64,000 bases of DNA from Callorhinchus milii (taxonomy: Eukaryota): positions 25,360,001-25,424,000 of the forward strand of contig NW_024704743.1 in assembly GCF_018977255.1 (NCBI RefSeq), given 5' to 3'. Numbering within the stretch: the stretch's first letter is position 1; each line of letters begins with the position of its first letter. The position numbers and the translations under genes are program-made. The notes beneath the pieces were generated by a model, which saw only the letters and a program-made list of their open reading frames with translations, made no database searches and was not told the DNA's origin. Shown piece after piece: positions 37,431 through 49,443 of this stretch.

Positions 37431-38144
37431 CAATAGACTGTTCCACTATTCATAACCAAGCGGCCCATTGATTTGCTTACTGGTCTTTTTTCAGACATTG
37501 CTGGCTTGGATTGGCAAGTCGTCATTCGTGAAACTTGCTGCAATTGTTCTAATCCAGTCTTTAGAAACTGTACAATAATAATCCTTGTAATTGCCTTATG
37601 GGCGAGACGCATCAGGCAATTGCTCCTTATAACGTCTTTGAGACGTCTCAAAAGCGTTTCACAGAATATACTGTGAAGTAAATTGACTGTATATTTTGCG
37701 GACGAAATATACCAATTATTTTAATTCATAGAAATTGTCATTGACTTGATGTGTTTCTGTTTGGTCAGTGTTTGGCGGGTGAGCTTTCAGCTACTTTGCT
37801 CCACATTCTATGTCTAATTCACTCTACCTCGTCTCTCCCTCTGTTCTTTCAAAACCCTTTTAAAGGGTTCTTTCCCTTTGATTATGTCTTCGACTACCTC
37901 CTGCCTATACTCCCACCTTATTTGGGTTCCCTTTCCATCTCAGTGAAGCACTTTGAGCCATTCCTCTGTGAAGAGTGCTGCATAAGGGCAAGTTGTGGCT
38001 ATTGTTGTTGACTTACATTGAAAAATTAGAAGCTACAAAGAAAGCGGACTGGATTGCTTGAAACATCAGCCTGCACCATCTTTTGGGAAGATGATAAAGA
38101 AGTAGTGATAAATATTTTTAAAAATCCTTGTGTTTGATGTAGAA

Positions 38145-38338
38145 CCCTTCTCTTTGACCGTGCCTTCAGCTCCCCTCTCGACTCTCTACCCCCTCCTCGC
38201 TCTCTCCCATCCCTCCCCTCATCCTGACCATTTCCCCCTTGCGCGGGTCCTGACCCAACTGTACAGCGCCTTGGGACGTCCTCCCGACGTGAAAGGCGCT
38301 CTATAAATGGAATCTTGTTGTTGTTGTTGTCGTTGTTG
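38145..38338 (+). mobile_element. Young L2 3' end with (TTG)n tail
   Basis: Near-identical to the reverse complement of 4314-4490. Confidence 0.9.
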
Positions 38339-38867
38339 GGTCACAAGTGTTTTACAGGATTTTACTGTAAAGTATATTTTGACTGTATTTTGCAGGCGGA
38401 TTAATAATAATGCAGACAAGAATCATCTACTGACAAATGAAACTGCGAATTGTGACATTTTTACTTTTCTTTTCAAAATATCCAGAATATAGTCATTTCA
38501 TTTTGATTAAGCATAATAATATTATTATTAAAACACAGTTGTGCTTTATTGAAGAGCTTTCAAATGAGAACAAGCCAGACTAGTGTGTGAGTGCAGGCCT
38601 GAGCTCACTTTAAACAATCATATGTGAGAGCTTCCCCTGTGGTGGAAGACATTCAGACGCCAAGGTCTCCACACTGACATTCTCTTCTCTCCGCTGGCAA
38701 ATTCATTTCAATTTCCCTCCTTTAAATCAAAACACGCTCCGATTTGTGAGTTTTGAAAACGATTTGCACATTGTGAATCCTACAGGTTCCTGGATATATC
38801 TTGGCTGCCCCGACAGATCTCTGCTTGGATGCAGATCCTCTGCTGGGCACCAAGAGTCTTCTTTGAG

Positions 38868-39192
38868 AGTCCTGTAGCTCAGTGGTCAGAGCACTCACCT
38901 CGCAAGCGAGAGGCCTGGGTTCGATTCCACATGCCTCTGTTTACCTTGCATTAAGTAGGAATCCAGTTGATAGTTGATTGGCAGATCCCTTTTCTGGGGA
39001 TAATAGTTCCTTCAAAAAAAATTGGTTACTCAATCCACGACTATTTGTGGGACACTTCTGAGCGCCATTGGCTGTTGTGTTTCGCCCACAAAATATACAA
39101 TCAGTTCACTTTACAGTATATTCTGTGAAACACTTTGAGACGTCTCAAAGACGTGATAAGGCACAAGGATATCAAATGCAAGGATTATTATT
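38868..39192 (+). mobile_element. tRNA SINE, long form with internal deletion
   Basis: GTCCTGTAGCTCAGTGG head, B box, CCTCTGTTTACC segment, L2 tail. Confidence 0.88.
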
Positions 39193-40829
39193 TATATATA
39201 TACATATATATTCTTTTGCCACAGTCTGGCTTTACGGAAATAGAAACTGAGATTGTCAAGTTGAGTTACGTCCAGACAACATATGACACAAGAAACATGG
39301 AAACAATTCCTGAACATCGTGAGGATTTCTATACAGTTGATTAATTTGAAGAAGTCTCATGATCCACGACTGTGCTGGACATCAAGCTTTTCCATTCAGC
39401 TGTCAAGAGCTACTGGACACGAGGGCAATGTGATGCCTGATGGGATTCCTTAATTAAGCAATCTGGAAGTACACCGGACTCGTGGGAGCTCACACCGGGC
39501 AATGGATTTCTGTTAAGCGCTTGCATATGTTTCCAGCTACTGTCAGGACTCTTCCCTTACAATTCGTTACTTAAGGGATCCCATTTGAAATTGTTCTAGA
39601 TTTCTCCTGTCTTCCTCCGCCTCCCACCCCCCAGAAATGCTGCTATTTTCAGAAGTAGCTTTCACTTAAAGGTAACGGTCTTCAAGGTTCACAAGAAGCA
39701 ACTAATCCTCTTTGAAGATCAAAACAGAATCAGTCCGCAACAGATTTGCCCACAGCAAAATGAAGGTGTGCAGAAATGAGAAATGAGAGTGCACAGTCAG
39801 AAAGCTCTAGCTGTGGAGTTTCATTGCACTGAGAAAATAATCAGTGTAGGGTTCACACAGTAGTGACTCAGTGCAGTTGGAGGTGTTGGGTAGATGCAGG
39901 ATAACATTGCTTCACGATATTAATCAATTGTCTGTAAAGTGGTTATCAAAATGGAAACGGGTCAGTGATTAATTCCTCACTTATCTAAGAGGACTAAACA
40001 CAACTGGTGTGCAACAAGAAGAACAACCAAGAAATATAGCAGGGTTCGACTGTATGCATAATCGGGTCAATATCACGCACAAAAGTATTTCCCTCTTTTA
40101 ATTTACAGCAACGAGCACTTACATAGTATCTTTCCTATAGAAGAATATTAAGTTGCTCTACATGGACATTGTGAGACAAGATGGAAAGTGGGGAGGCGAA
40201 GGGAAGGGGTGGGAAAAGGTGATCAAAGGCTCGGTCAGAGAGGTAAGGTTGGGAAGAGTTTAGAAACTGTAGAGGTTTTATTTTCCTTGTCATTTTGTTT
40301 TTACCAGAATGTGCAACATAGTAGTCAGTGGCTTATAAATTGTCCTTGACTTGGGAGAATTTTGGCTGTAGGAGCCGAATGTCCTCTGTGGGCTGGAAGT
40401 GAGTCTCGGAAGCACAGCATGATGTGACATTATGATCACAAGCCTGATATTGGCTGTAGATCCAGGAGAATTAAGATTTACGTTTTTACCAATAGAATCT
40501 ATTTAATAATAATGATAATAATTACATTTGATATAGCACCTTCCAAAGCTCTGTGCAGGATTTACTGTAAAGTGCAGTGACTGTGAAAGAACAAGTATAA
40601 TGTATATAATAGTATTTTGGACACCAGAGGCATGAATTCCTCAATTTTATGCCTAAGACTATTGTCTTAAACTTTACGACCGTGTGGAATGTTGAAAAAA
40701 TCATAAAACAAGAACTTCATGTATGCCAACTTCCAAACTGATACTTAAGTATAAGAATGTTCCAAATTGATGCATAATCTTCAATTTTAAGACTCGATGG
40801 TTAAGACTATGAACAAAGGGACCAAAATT

Positions 40830-41180
40830 CCTCTGCAGTCTCAACCCATCATATCTCTGCAACCTCCTGCATCCCTACTGTCCTAGTTTCTGCCTCTGCT
40901 CAACAAACACTGGTCTGCCTAATGTCCCCTGCCCAATCATCCACACCATCAGTGGGTGAACTTTCAGGCATTATGTTCCTGTTCTTTTGAACTCTCAAAT
41001 CTCGTCCCTCCGTTTCCATCTTTGAAGCCCATCTTAGAAATCTATTTTTCTAACTGTGTTTTTGATCACATTCCACCCCCTCCCACCTCCTAAATCCCCT
41101 TCCCCCACTAGCAGTTCACTTTGAGATGTCCTCCTGACATAAAAGGCACAATATAAATGTAAAAATGTTGTTGTTGTTGT
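40830..41180 (+). mobile_element. Old L2 3' fragment
   Basis: ATATCTCTGCAACCTCCTG, TTTGAAGCCCATCTTAG, (TGT)n tail. Confidence 0.75.
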
Positions 41181-41837
41181 GTACAAAGGTTAACACTGCA
41201 AACAATGTCGATCTAAGATTACGAGTGAGTCATTACATTCCGCTTGCTTTTTGACTATCGTCAGAACAATAATGCAATGTACTTAAGCAGTGGGATAAAT
41301 TGGAGTGGGAAAACTGGCTATAAAGTTGGTTGATCTGGTATGTCCTGGCAGATCCAGCACACTGGGAACCAAGAGAACTTCAATTAACCACATTTTATTA
41401 AATAATAATAACAATCCTGGCATTTGATATAGTGGCTTTCAGGTCAGCATGATGCCTGAAAGCACTTCACATGATTTACTGTATAATGTATTGACTGTTT
41501 ATCTTGCACGCCAAAGTCTCCATGAGGTACAGTGTTGCAAAAAATATGGTTAAGACCAGGACTCTGCACATCTTTAAGAAACTGTAATGGGAGTATGACA
41601 GAGCGGATATTCTGAAAGGATGAGATTAAATGGGCCGTAGGGCCTTCTTCATCCGAACACGTCTTGTGAATTATAAATCACACTGCAGCCAAGAAGTCAT
41701 TTTGGAGCAGGGCCAATGCCATCGGTTTCAGAAGATATCCATTTTAACTGCAACCACTTGCAATCAACTATCAAAGTTATATTAAACAGAAAACAAAGTT
41801 TAAAAGCTCCTGAGTAATCCATTTGGATGACTTTCGA

Positions 41838-42166
41838 CAATAATGATAATAATCTTTGCATTTAATACAGCATCTTATGATGTCGTTGAGGCGTCTCAAA
41901 GCGCTTCATAAAATATACTGCAAAGTGAATGTATATTTTGTTGTCGAAATGCAGCAGCCAATTGCTCACAGCAGTGTCCCACAAACAGTCATGAATGATC
42001 AAATTATTTTTTTGAGGGATTATTACCCGCACAAAGTGATCCACCAATTGACTAACAACCAGGTTCCTACAGACTGCTAGGTAAACAGAAGCATGTGGAG
42101 GTTAGGAAACTCGCCTGATATTTCGCCTTGTCGAGGAATCAAACTCAGGTCCTCTCGCTTGCGAGG
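41838..42166 (-). mobile_element. tRNA SINE, long form
   Basis: Tail, body and long segment TGCTAGGTAAACAGA in reverse; head truncated after the anticodon arm. Confidence 0.85.
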
Positions 42167-43454
42167 ATCTCACCCAGCTCTTTAATAACATTAAACTTAT
42201 CTGTGGCTGTGCAGTGCTCTCCTCAACTTCTACAATTTTAAGCAAACTCCTATAAATCAAGTTTCACATTTCAAATTTCCCTGATGATTCCCTGATGCAG
42301 TGGTAGAGCAGGGACATGAGTCATTCAATTTATTTTTGAAGCTACATAAAATGCTGGTCGCGTGCTTTGAATGAATAGCGATTGGATTTCTGAAACGCGC
42401 TTCTGCCTTTCAGGTAAAATTAGGAAACGGATCTTGGAATTGAAACATAGATAGATTTTCTGCTTGAATCAGAATATTGTATTTGAATGTTATGCTTGGA
42501 TCAGGAATGCCATACAATGGGAAAGGCTGGGATGTGGTTTGGTGCGTTGGAATTTTTGGGTTTGCAGAGTTGTGTTTGGATTTAGTACGTGTTTATCTGG
42601 AGTTCGTGGAAAAGCATGCTGGTTTATTGACATAAGATGACATGTGTGGTATTTTAAACTTTCAACGTTCATTTATTAATCAAAGAATTGAGCTTTTTTT
42701 GTGTGTGTGTGGGGGGAGGGGGGGGAGAGAGGGGAGGGGTTCTTGCAGTATTCTTGTACCAGTCCACGTTTATGCCAGATTCTTAAAACAAATCATCGCA
42801 GGTTTGCCTTGAATTGGTGTAACCCACAGAAAATACTTAAGGTTTACAAATGAAAGGAGCGCTCAAGGCGACATTTCCAAATAGAATCATAGAATCTTAC
42901 AGCACAGAAGGAGGCCATTCGATCCATCGTGCCTGTGCTGGCACAATGGGCCGAATGGTGAGAAATGGTGGCGTGTAATCCAGTAGATACTTTGAGGGAA
43001 ATCATTCATGCTGTAAAGACTTGAATGACAATGGCCACTGAAGACATGATCTGCTATGAGGTATTCGTAAAGAATAATACCTTAGCAACCAACGATACGA
43101 TCCAACCAATACCGTTCCATTACCAGTAAGTGCTGGTTATTAACATTGCAGTCAAAGTAAAACCTTGAGTGTTCCTTCAAGCCAAATTAGCACCGACTGG
43201 ACTACATCATTCCCAGCATTCTTCAGAGCACACTAGGAATCTGGACATGTTTCATATCTTACCCCCACTTTCATTGGTAGTGGAATCTTTCTTCCTTGTG
43301 TTTTGTTGGTATCTGTTTCAAGAAGATAGCACTAGTTTCTCAGAATCTGTAAACATCCCTCGGTGAGTTAAAATACTTTCTTATTGCAGTTACCCACACA
43401 AAATAGTGAATGTATGTGCCGGGAGCAACATAAATTTTACATCAAAGAGATTAT

Positions 43455-43600
43455 AAAGGATTTGCAGGGTTATGGGGAGAAAGCTGGTGATTGGGGTTAG
43501 TGAAAGTGACTTGCTCTGTCAAAGAGCCGGCACCGACTCGATGGGCCGAATGGCCTCCTTCTGTGCCGTAACATTCTATGAATCTATAAATCTATGAATA
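43455..43600 (+). mobile_element. CR1 3'UTR fragment
   Basis: GAGCCGGCACCGACTCGATGGGCCGAATGGCCTCCTTCTGTGC with ATTCTATG-type tail. Confidence 0.85.
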
Positions 43601-43894
43601 AAGCCTATAGGGTCAACTACAGGTTTTTACCAAGTGTGGGTAACAGGAGGTAAACATCAGCAGATTGTGCCTGTAGGATAGAAAGACACCTGAGGCTGGA
43701 GTAGAGAGATTATGGAAGGGGTTAAATAGCTCAACACTTTGGGGCTCCTTACAGCAGTAAAGGAATCTATCCTTGTCAGATATTTTCAGTCTGTGAGGAT
43801 CCAGTGCCTGGAGTTGACTCTGCCATTAACTCAACGCTATCATTCAGGCAATCATTCACCCACACAATATACAGTCAATTCACTTTACAGTATA

Positions 43895-44086
43895 AGACCA
43901 TAAGACTTAGGAGCAGGAGTAGGCCTTTCGGCCCCTTGAGCCTGCCCTGCCATTTAATAAGATCATGACTGATCTTCTAACCTAATTCCATTTACTCATC
44001 CTACCCCATATCCCTTAATCCCTCTATCCTTTAGAAGTCTATCAACCTCAGTTTTGAATATGTTCAAGGACTGAGCATCCATAGCC
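43895..44086 (-). mobile_element. CR1 3' fragment inserted in a SINE tail
   Basis: Homologous to 11537-11760 in reverse; flanks rejoin as CACTTTACAGTATA|TTCTGTGAAGCGC. Confidence 0.9.
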
Positions 44087-44833
44087 TTCTGTGAAGCGCT
44101 TTGAGACGTCTCAACGACGTGATAAGGCGCTACATCATATGCAAGAATTATTATTATCTTTCATGCGTGGGTTTGTCTTGGTCATGCGACTTTCATCAGT
44201 GGTTGCTGAAACCTTGTCTTGTGCAGATGTGCATGTCAATGCAGTCTTTATTTAGGACATGGTCGCACACTTCCCGTTTTCTACGCTTTCACGAACAACG
44301 TGCGGGGCAGTGTAAACGGACTGATCTGATCTGGTTCCAACGATGGGTGGATGACTGTGCTTGTGTGTGATCAAATCAAGCCAGGGTGTAAATGTATGTG
44401 CTCTGTAATACAACAGGTGGGACATATATTTGAGGGAAAAAGAAAGACATTTTTGCCTAGTTGTGTGGTTTTCCTTAAGTTCGCATTTTAAAACGAGTTG
44501 AATGATTTTAAAACCTAGTGAGGTTCTTCATTGTGCCCACACTTTTATCTGAGTCACATCTCCTGAATGCTTTCAATGAGAGATGTGTTTCTCAGCATGC
44601 GGTCAGTTAAGAGAGAGGCCTCTGTCTGTCCAACGCAACCGGTCTGGCGAGAGCAAATGACCGGCCAAACATAGCTGATCAGGTGTTAAAGTCACTCGTG
44701 TGTGCTGGGACTCACAACGACCAGGGACCACTGGCTACCGAGATGTCACCAGGTTGAAAATGTTCCCCAGCAAAAGAATCTAAAGTCCGTCACCGAGGTT
44801 TATTGGCAACCTGCTGACATCTGGACTTGATAA

Positions 44834-45136
44834 CGTTGGGCAAGTTTCCTTGCTCCACATGCCTTTATTTACCTTGCAGTAAGTAGGAACCTGTTTGTTA
44901 GTCGATTGGCGGACTGCTTTTCTGGGAGTAATAGTTCCTTCAAAAAAAAATAATAATAAATTGGTCACTGAATCCAAACTGTTTGTGGGAAACTGCTGTG
45001 GGCGATTGGCTGCCGCGTTTCGTGCACAAAATACAAAGTCAATCCACTTTACAGTATATCTCGTGAAGTGCTTTGAGACGTCTCAAAGACGTGGTAAGGC
45101 ACTATATCAAATGCAAGGATTATTATTATTATTATT
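44834..45136 (+). mobile_element. tRNA SINE, long form, 5'-truncated
   Basis: Begins at TTGGGCAAGTTTCC; long segment; (TTA)n tail. Confidence 0.85.
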
Positions 45137-45979
45137 CCCACTAGCGATAATTATTGCATTCACTAAAAATGTGGTCAAAAGTTGCCACCAACTATCACTG
45201 GCCCGGGGATGGGGGTGGGTTGGAGAGAAGGGGGTTACTGTTGGGAAAGACAACATCTCCCGTCCCCTCCTAATGATAACTATAATAATTTTTAATGATC
45301 TTTGCATTTGATATGGCGCGTTATCAGATCATGAATACGCCTCAAGGCACTTCACAGGATTTTACTGTGAACTGTCGTGACGATAGACTTGTAGACAAAC
45401 TACCATTAAGCGGATGTTTTATTGGGAAGGCCAAATGGAGGTTTATATGCGGAACTAATTATATAACACCAAGATTGGATTTGAATACCTTGCAAATTGT
45501 AGGAAGAAGTTCCATACTTTGAGGTCCTTGGAAAGAATAATAATAATAATAATATAATCTTTGCATTTGATATAGCGCTTTCATGTCTTCTCGACGTCTC
45601 AAAGCGCTTCACAGAATAGACTGTAAAGTGAATTGATCGTATATTTGTGGGCGAATTCTTTCCTGGGAAAAAATGAATTAGAATTGGGTGCTCATGAGTA
45701 TCTCAGCCAGCATTTAACCTCCGATATCTCATGTCAAATAAATCTGTGTTGGTTTCATTCAGAGGATGGGTAGGAGCGGGAATTACCTGCCTCATAATAT
45801 TGGCAAGTGAAACATAAACATAAAAGGGAATGAAATACGTGTCAGGAGATTAATCAAATCACTAGCTGAATGTTTATCAAATTGACTACATCAATAAGAG
45901 AAATCACAATGAGTCATTCTACGAATATCGCAATCAAAATGATTCTCAGTATTTGCAACTGGAAGTTGCAATAAATGAT

Positions 45980-46990
45980 TCTTTTTTGGTCAGCTGTGTG
46001 ACACATGCAGAAACCCATCACCATGCTAACCAAACCAAACTGAGAATTCCAAACATGCAACCTACAAATGGAAATTCCCCTGTGTTGGAATGGAAAGCGC
46101 ACTTTTTCCCTAGAGGGACACATCATGCTTACCTAATTCTGGAGAGTATCAGGTACAGCTTGGCAAGAGCCAAGGTTTGGAGACCTCAAGCGTGTATGCT
46201 GGAATTTAACTAGCGGAAATTGTTTATCAAACCATTGAAAGTGCTGTCTGGCAAACTTTCCACTGTTTGTCCATCTAGGAACCATGCTACATGTTAGTCA
46301 GGGCTTTGACTTGCAGAGTTAAAAGGTGCTGAGCGAAAAGAATCTCTGCCCCAGTGACCAGTCTACACATCCAAGCCCTGCTGATGAGCCAAGCAGGCTG
46401 ATCTGACATCAAAACAATGCAGTACAATTTACACTTATATTGCACCATTTAATAATAATAATAATAATAATAATCCTTGCATTTGATATAGCGCTTTTCA
46501 CGTCGGGAGGACGTCCCAAAGCGCTTCACAGAACACACTGTAAAGTGAATTGACTGTATATTTGTGGGCGAACGCGGCAGCCAATTGCGCACAGCAATGT
46601 CCCACAAACAGTCGTAGATTGAAAATGACCAATTTTTTTTTTATTATTGTTTTTGGTTTTGGAGGGATTATTATTAGGCGTGTGGAGTAAGGAAACTTGC
46701 CCAAGGTTTCGCCCTGCCGGGAATTGAACTCAGATCTCTCGCTTGCAAAGCGAGTGCTCTAACCACTGAGCTACAGGACTCCAAAGCTACATTTATGTTG
46801 GGAGGACATCCCAAAGCGCTTAAAGTGCCCTGCAGTACTTTGCACCCACCTGGCTCAGGAACCGGACTACAAAGACCACCACAGAGGGTTAAATCGATTC
46901 TGAGATTCCATTACCAGGCATTTCACCTGCTTGGAGTCAGTTCAACTCCAAGGAGATCCCGCTTAGCTCTCTGACCAAGGAGGATAGTCA
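45980..46990. repeat. Unclassified interspersed repeat, copy d, split by SINE/L2-tail insertions (~46410-46820)
   Basis: 45980-46410 and 46822-46990 are collinear with copies e and g. Confidence 0.75.
46450..46782 (-). mobile_element. Full-length young tRNA-Ala SINE, short form
   Basis: Intact head; CpG-rich body; tail with GGGACGTCCTCCCGACGTG loop. Confidence 0.93.
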
Positions 46991-47677
46991 CTAATCAGTT
47001 TGCAAATATTGCAAATTAGTTGCCACAAGTTTGCATGTCTGCAGCGTATAGAGTTGTGTGAAACTTGAAATACGTGTCCCATGTGATAAGTGAGCTGGTT
47101 CCTGTGGACATCCCCCACACATTTCCTTGACGTCAAACCTTTCTTATAGTGTGAGAAAAACAAGGCCCCTTACTGGACTCTGTGCCATATTTTATTGTAA
47201 TATAATTCACTTCAGGTTTGTGCATCACTCAAGAGGAAAAATGCTACACATAGGAATTTCAAAGACAGACATTTGAAAGGAAATGTGTTCGTAGAATTCA
47301 ATATGGGTCTTATTTATTTTTGATTAATGATGGATGTGTGAGTTTGCCCTTTTTACCTAATTGTAGATAAGTCTTTTCTAGAAGGAAGGGAAAGAAACGT
47401 TGAGTCTTTACTCCATCTGACAGCTCAGCAACCCCTTTAAAGTCTTAGCGGCTGCCTTATAACTGAGTCCATAAAAAAAATCTTCTGGGGCACCAGATCG
47501 ATGTTATTTGTTGCACGCTGTTGCTGACATTACTTCCTGTGCACTGTGCATGCGTGTTATATTTTCGCCCATAATATATGCAGTCAATTCAATTTACAGT
47601 ATATTCTGTGAAGCGCTACAGTATATTCTGTGACTCGAAGATGTGATACGGCACTATATCAAATGCAAGGATTATTA

Positions 47678-48560
47678 CAACAACAACAACAAAATTACAT
47701 TTGTGAAGTGCCTTTCACGTCGGGAACACGTCCCAAGGTGCTGGACAGTCAGAGTTTCGGACCCGAGCTGGGGGTTGAGATCGGGGAGAGTGGAGGGCGG
47801 GGGGGAAGCAGGGTGATCAAAAGCACTGTTGAAGAGGAGGGTCTTGAGATGGGTCTTGAAGTAGGCAAGGGAGGGGATGTCTCCCAGAGGGAGCATATAG
47901 ATATTGAAGAGGAGGGAATCAAGGATAGAGCCCTGAGGAACGCCGCACCAGATGGTTCAGGGGTAGAGGAGATACTATTTGTGGAGATGAAATGGAAGCG
48001 GTGTGAGAGGTACGATTTGAACCAGTCAAGGACAGAGCTGTGAAGGTTGAGGTAAGAGTAGACGCGGTGGATGAGGATAGAGTAGTCGACGGTGTCAAAG
48101 GCAGCAGAGAGGTCAAGGAGGATGAGGAGGCAGAGGGAACCCTGGTCGCAGATGGACAGAATGTCATTCGTCACTTTGACCAGGGCTGCTTCTGTGCTGT
48201 GGGCGGCACGGAAACCCGACTGGAGGGGTTCGAGAAGGGAGTGGCGGGAGAGGAAGGAGCGAAGCCAGGAAGCAACAATTTGTTCCAGGACCTTGGAGAG
48301 GAAAGTGAGGTTGGAGATGGGGCTGTAGTTTGGGAGTAGAGAAGGGTCCAAGGAGGGTTTTTTTTAAGGATAGGAGTGATGTCAGCGTTTTTTATAAAGC
48401 TTATAAAGTTTTTTATAAAGCTTGGTGATTCCAGGGCACGTGTTAGGGTACAGTATTAGTGGACAGGGAGAGGTTTATGATGTCTGTGAGCAGAGGGGTA
48501 AGGAGGTGGAGCTGCGAGGTAAGGAGAGGGGTAGGGATGGAGTCGAAGGACGAGCTGGTA
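47678..48560 (-). mobile_element. L2 LINE RT fragment, internally deleted, with 3' tail
   Basis: NYSPISNLTFLSKVLE, LQSGFRAAHSTEAAL and LILLDLSAAFDTVDY motifs in ORF 47749-48351; IYMLPLGD fused directly to FKTHLKTLLF. Confidence 0.95.
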
Positions 48561-48696
48561 TTATTATTATCGTATATGCTACTGACGTTGTTTCCTTTGT
48601 GAAGAGTCAGCAATGGCACTTCCTGCACATACCAAACCTGGGTAATAAATGACATCAGAGGTGATCTGATGATCCAGCAATCAATTATTGTTATAA

Positions 48697-49087
48697 CTGT
48701 AGCTGAGTGGTTATATCACTCACCTTGCAAGTGAGAGAACCTGGGTTCAATTCCCAGCAGAGCAAAACGTTGGTCAAGTTTTCTTACTCCACATGCCTCT
48801 GTTTACCTAGCAGTAAGTAGGAACACGGTTGTTAGTCGATTGGCGGATTACTTTTCCAGGGGTAATAATCCCTTCCAATAAATAAATAAATAAATAAATA
48901 GGTCACTCAATCCACGACCGTTTGTTGGAAAATGCTGTGTGCGGACACTGCTGGCTGCTGCATTTCGCCCACAAAATATATAGTCAATTCACTTTACAGT
49001 ATATTCTGTGAAGCGCTTTGAGACATCTTGAAGACGTTGTAAGGTGCTATAGCAAATGCAAGGATTATTATTATTATTATTATTATT
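48697..49087 (+). mobile_element. tRNA SINE, long form
   Basis: Head with B box GGTTCAATTCC, long segment, internal (TAAA)n, (TTA)n tail. Confidence 0.9.
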
Positions 49088-49200
49088 AACTGGGTGAAAG
49101 CCAAAGCTTGGGGATTCCAGGGCATGTGTTAGGGTACTTCCAACCAGCTGAACAGCCTAGCCTGCTACTGAGAGCACAAGCTGGCGAGACTGGTGAGACT

Positions 49201-49443
49201 CTTCACAGAATATACTGTAAAGTGAATTGACTGTATATTTGTGGGTGAAACACGGCAGCCAATTCCTCACAGCAGTGTCCCACAAACAGTCTTGTAATGA
49301 ATTGACCAATTTATTATTTTTTTCTTGAGGGAATATTATCAGGCGTGTGGAGTAAGGACACTTGCCCAAGATTTCGCCCTGCCGGGAATCAAACCCAGGT
49401 TTCTCGCTTGCGAGGCGAGGGCTCTAACCACTGAGCTACAGAA
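49201..49443 (-). mobile_element. tRNA SINE, short form, lacking its extreme 3' tail
   Basis: CTGTAGCTCAGTGGTTAGAGC head in reverse; ends at CTTCACAGAA. Confidence 0.88.

Noticed and set aside
47749..48351. 200-aa reverse transcriptase ORF as an active or domesticated gene
   Set aside because: Truncated, frameshifted L2 fragment lacking the YADD motif.
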